NCBI GenBank assembly: GCA_031412915.1
Contig: JANODX010000096.1
Coordinates: forward strand, 11,012 to 75,011
DNA from: Vicinamibacteria bacterium
Lineage (GTDB): Bacteria > Acidobacteriota > Vicinamibacteria > Fen-336 > JAGNNV01
Length of the DNA stretch: 64,000 bases
Direction of reading: 5' to 3'
Numbering within the stretch: the first letter of the stretch is position 1; every line of letters starts with the position of its first letter. The position numbers were made by a program, and so were the translations under genes. The notes beneath the pieces are model-generated. The model saw nothing but the letters and a program-made list of their open reading frames with translations. It ran no database searches and was not told the origin of the DNA. This document shows positions 61,951 to 64,000 of the stretch, piece by piece.

Positions 61951-64000
61951 ATGAAGGTCCATCAACTCACGGTCGATCAGGCTCTAACGAGCCTGGAAAG
62001 CCGGGCGTCCGGCCTGGCCGGCGCGGAGGCTCTCCGCCGTCTCTCCGAATTCGGTCCCAACCGGATGGAGGAAATCCGCGGGGCTCCCCTGATTCTTCGC
62101 TTCGCCGGGGAGTTCGTCCACTTCTTCGCATTGATCCTCTGGGTCGCGGCCGGCCTCGCCTTCTACGCGGAATTTCACCAGCCTGGCGAAGGCATGGGCA
62201 CGATGGGCATCGCCATCGTCGGCGTCATCATCGTCAACGGCCTCTTCTCCTTCTTCCAGGAGTACCGCGCGGAGCGGGCCCTGGCCGCGTTGCGGAAACT
62301 CCTTCCCCGCGAGGTCAAAGCCCTCCGCGACAGCGTCGTCTCGGCGCTGCCCGTCGAAGCCCTGGTGCCGGGCGACGTGCTGCTCCTGGAGGAGGGCGAC
62401 GACGTCCCCGCCGATGCGCGCGTGATCGAAGCGCACGCGCTGCGCGTGAACACCGCGACGATCACCGGAGAGTCGCTGCCGAAGGCCCGGACCGCCGACC
62501 GGAGCGCCGAGGAGGCCATGCTCCAGGCGAAGAACATGCTGCTCGCGGGCACCGCGATCATCTCGGGCCAGGCGAAAGCGCTCGTGGTCGCCACCGGCAT
62601 GCGCACGGAGTTCGGCCAGATCGCGCACCTCACCCAGTCCGGCCGCACGCCTCCCTCTCCGCTGCACATCGAGATCCGGCGCCTGACCCGGCTGATCGCG
62701 GTCCTCGCCACCTCGCTGGGCTTGATCTTCTTCTTCATAGGCCGGTCGGTGGGGCTTTCGTTCTGGGAGAACTTCATCTTTGCGATCGGCATCATCGTGG
62801 CCAATGTGCCGGAAGGTCTGCTGCCCACGGTGACCCTGTCGCTCGCCATGGCGGCGCAAAGGATGGCGAAGCGGAACGCCCTCGTGCGTCATCTGCCCGC
62901 GGTGGAGACACTCGGTGCGGCGAGCGTCATCGTGACCGACAAGACCGGCACCCTGACCGTGAACCACATGACCGTGCGCGCCGTGCACTTCGCGGAAGGC
63001 GACCGTCCCGCCGATGCGTTCGGGGCCACGGCCCTCGCGACGTCGCGGCAACGGTTCTTCGAGGTCGCCCTTCGCTGCCACAGCGTGAGGGAGGTGGCGC
63101 GCAACGGCCAGGTTCACCTGTCCGGCGATCCGATGGAAATCGCCCTGGTCGAGATGGGCCGCCGGGCCCACGGCGGAACCGCTTCGGCCGAGCGCAAGGA
63201 CGAGATTCCCTTCGACGCGGACCGGAAGCGGATGTCGGTCCTCTACAAGACCCCGGAAGGCCGGTTGCTCTATGCCAAGGGGGCGCTCGAACGGATGCTG
63301 CCGTTGTGCGCGTCGGTGCACACCGCGAAAGGCATCGTTCCGCTCACGAGCGCGCACCGTGAGGACTTCCTGGCCGCCGAGAACCGGCTGGGTGAGCGCG
63401 GCCTCCGCGTGCTTGCTCTCGCCTGGCGCAGGATCGATGACGGAGAGACGCAGGACCAGTGGGAGCGCGACCTCGTCCTGTGCGGCCTCGTCGGGTTGGA
63501 AGATCCGCCCCGGGCCGAGGTGCCCGAGGCGATGCGACGCTGCCGGGAGGCGGGCATCCGCGTAATCATGTGCACGGGCGACCATCCTGAAACCGCGAGG
63601 GCGATCGCGCGAGAGATCGGCCTCGCGAAGTCCGCACACCCCCGCGTGGTCACCGGCGACGAGCTGCGGATGCTGTCGCCGACTCAGCTTCAACTGGCCC
63701 TCGACACCGAGGAGATCATCTTCGCGCGCATGGCCGCCGACCAGAAGCTCCAGGTGGTCAAAGCGCTCCGCGGCAAGAACGAGATCGTGGCCGTCACCGG
63801 CGACGGCGTGAACGACGCGCCGGCGCTCAAGCACGCGGACATCGGCATCAGTATGGGCGCGTCCGGCACCGACGTCGCGCGCGAGGCCAGCGACCTCATC
63901 CTGCTCGACGACAACTTCGCGAGCATCGTGGGCGCCATCGAAGAAGGCCGCGCGGTCTACGACAACATCCGCAAGTTCCTGACCTACATCCTCACTTCGA
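61951..64000 (+). CDS. Cation-transporting P-type ATPase (type II-like), 5' partial, runs off the window
   Basis: Start MKVHQLTVDQALTSLESRASGLAGAEA (cation-ATPase N-terminal domain). Phosphorylation motif DKTGTLT; hinge motif TGDGVNDAPALK. Not in the ORF track because no stop codon occurs before the window end. Confidence 0.9.
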   Translation, partial: MKVHQLTVDQALTSLESRASGLAGAEALRRLSEFGPNRMEEIRGAPLILRFAGEFVHFFALILWVAAGLAFYAEFHQPGEGMGTMGIAIVGVIIVNGLFSFFQEYRAERALAALRKLLPREVKALRDSVVSALPVEALVPGDVLLLEEGDDVPADARVIEAHALRVNTATITGESLPKARTADRSAEEAMLQAKNMLLAGTAIISGQAKALVVATGMRTEFGQIAHLTQSGRTPPSPLHIEIRRLTRLIAVLATSLGLIFFFIGRSVGLSFWENFIFAIGIIVANVPEGLLPTVTLSLAMAAQRMAKRNALVRHLPAVETLGAASVIVTDKTGTLTVNHMTVRAVHFAEGDRPADAFGATALATSRQRFFEVALRCHSVREVARNGQVHLSGDPMEIALVEMGRRAHGGTASAERKDEIPFDADRKRMSVLYKTPEGRLLYAKGALERMLPLCASVHTAKGIVPLTSAHREDFLAAENRLGERGLRVLALAWRRIDDGETQDQWERDLVLCGLVGLEDPPRAEVPEAMRRCREAGIRVIMCTGDHPETARAIAREIGLAKSAHPRVVTGDELRMLSPTQLQLALDTEEIIFARMAADQKLQVVKALRGKNEIVAVTGDGVNDAPALKHADIGISMGASGTDVAREASDLILLDDNFASIVGAIEEGRAVYDNIRKFLTYILTS

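Overview
This is a high-GC (~68%) chromosomal segment. Gene content, especially three large outer-membrane TonB-dependent-receptor-like proteins with N-terminal carboxypeptidase-regulatory-like domains and many Tat/Sec-exported enzymes, suggests an Acidobacteriota-like soil bacterium; that assignment is inference. Coding density is high and most genes are well supported. I found no rRNA, tRNA, CRISPR array, integrase or transposase. Contents in order: an oxalate catabolism locus (oxc, frc, plus an Fmt-like formyltransferase); a secreted TPR protein; two TonB-like receptors; an APC amino-acid permease; a class-V aminotransferase, argH and a secreted MBL-fold hydrolase; a five-gene minus-strand operon (amidohydrolase, Tat-exported FAD oxidoreductase, cyclase, IorA, IorB); ggt; a third TonB-like receptor; a Tat-exported sulfite-oxidase-family Mo enzyme with a secreted partner; a sulfatase-like/TPR protein; an apparently solitary DNA topoisomerase VI B-subunit homolog; an EamA transporter; a DUF1343 protein; an FHA/TM/IPT protein; a seven-gene TetR-HlyD-ABC-TolC-ABC-permease-permease efflux operon; an alpha/beta hydrolase; a 1564-aa coiled-coil protein with internal tandem repeats; an acyl-CoA dehydrogenase; a ParB/Srx-like N-terminal-domain protein; a second APC permease; and the start of a P-type ATPase. 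Things worth a second look: (1) a family of about 110-150 nt structured intergenic repeats with at least five units at four loci; (2) an orphan Top6B homolog with no Top6A nearby; (3) argH with a predicted N-terminal signal peptide; (4) the mixed exported/cytoplasmic Ior operon; (5) the giant repeat-containing coiled-coil protein. Two caveats: some displayed line positions appeared off by 1 nt relative to the ORF track, so CDS coordinates follow the ORF track arithmetic; and because of the GC content many long alternate-frame ORFs in the track are artefacts and were rejected.
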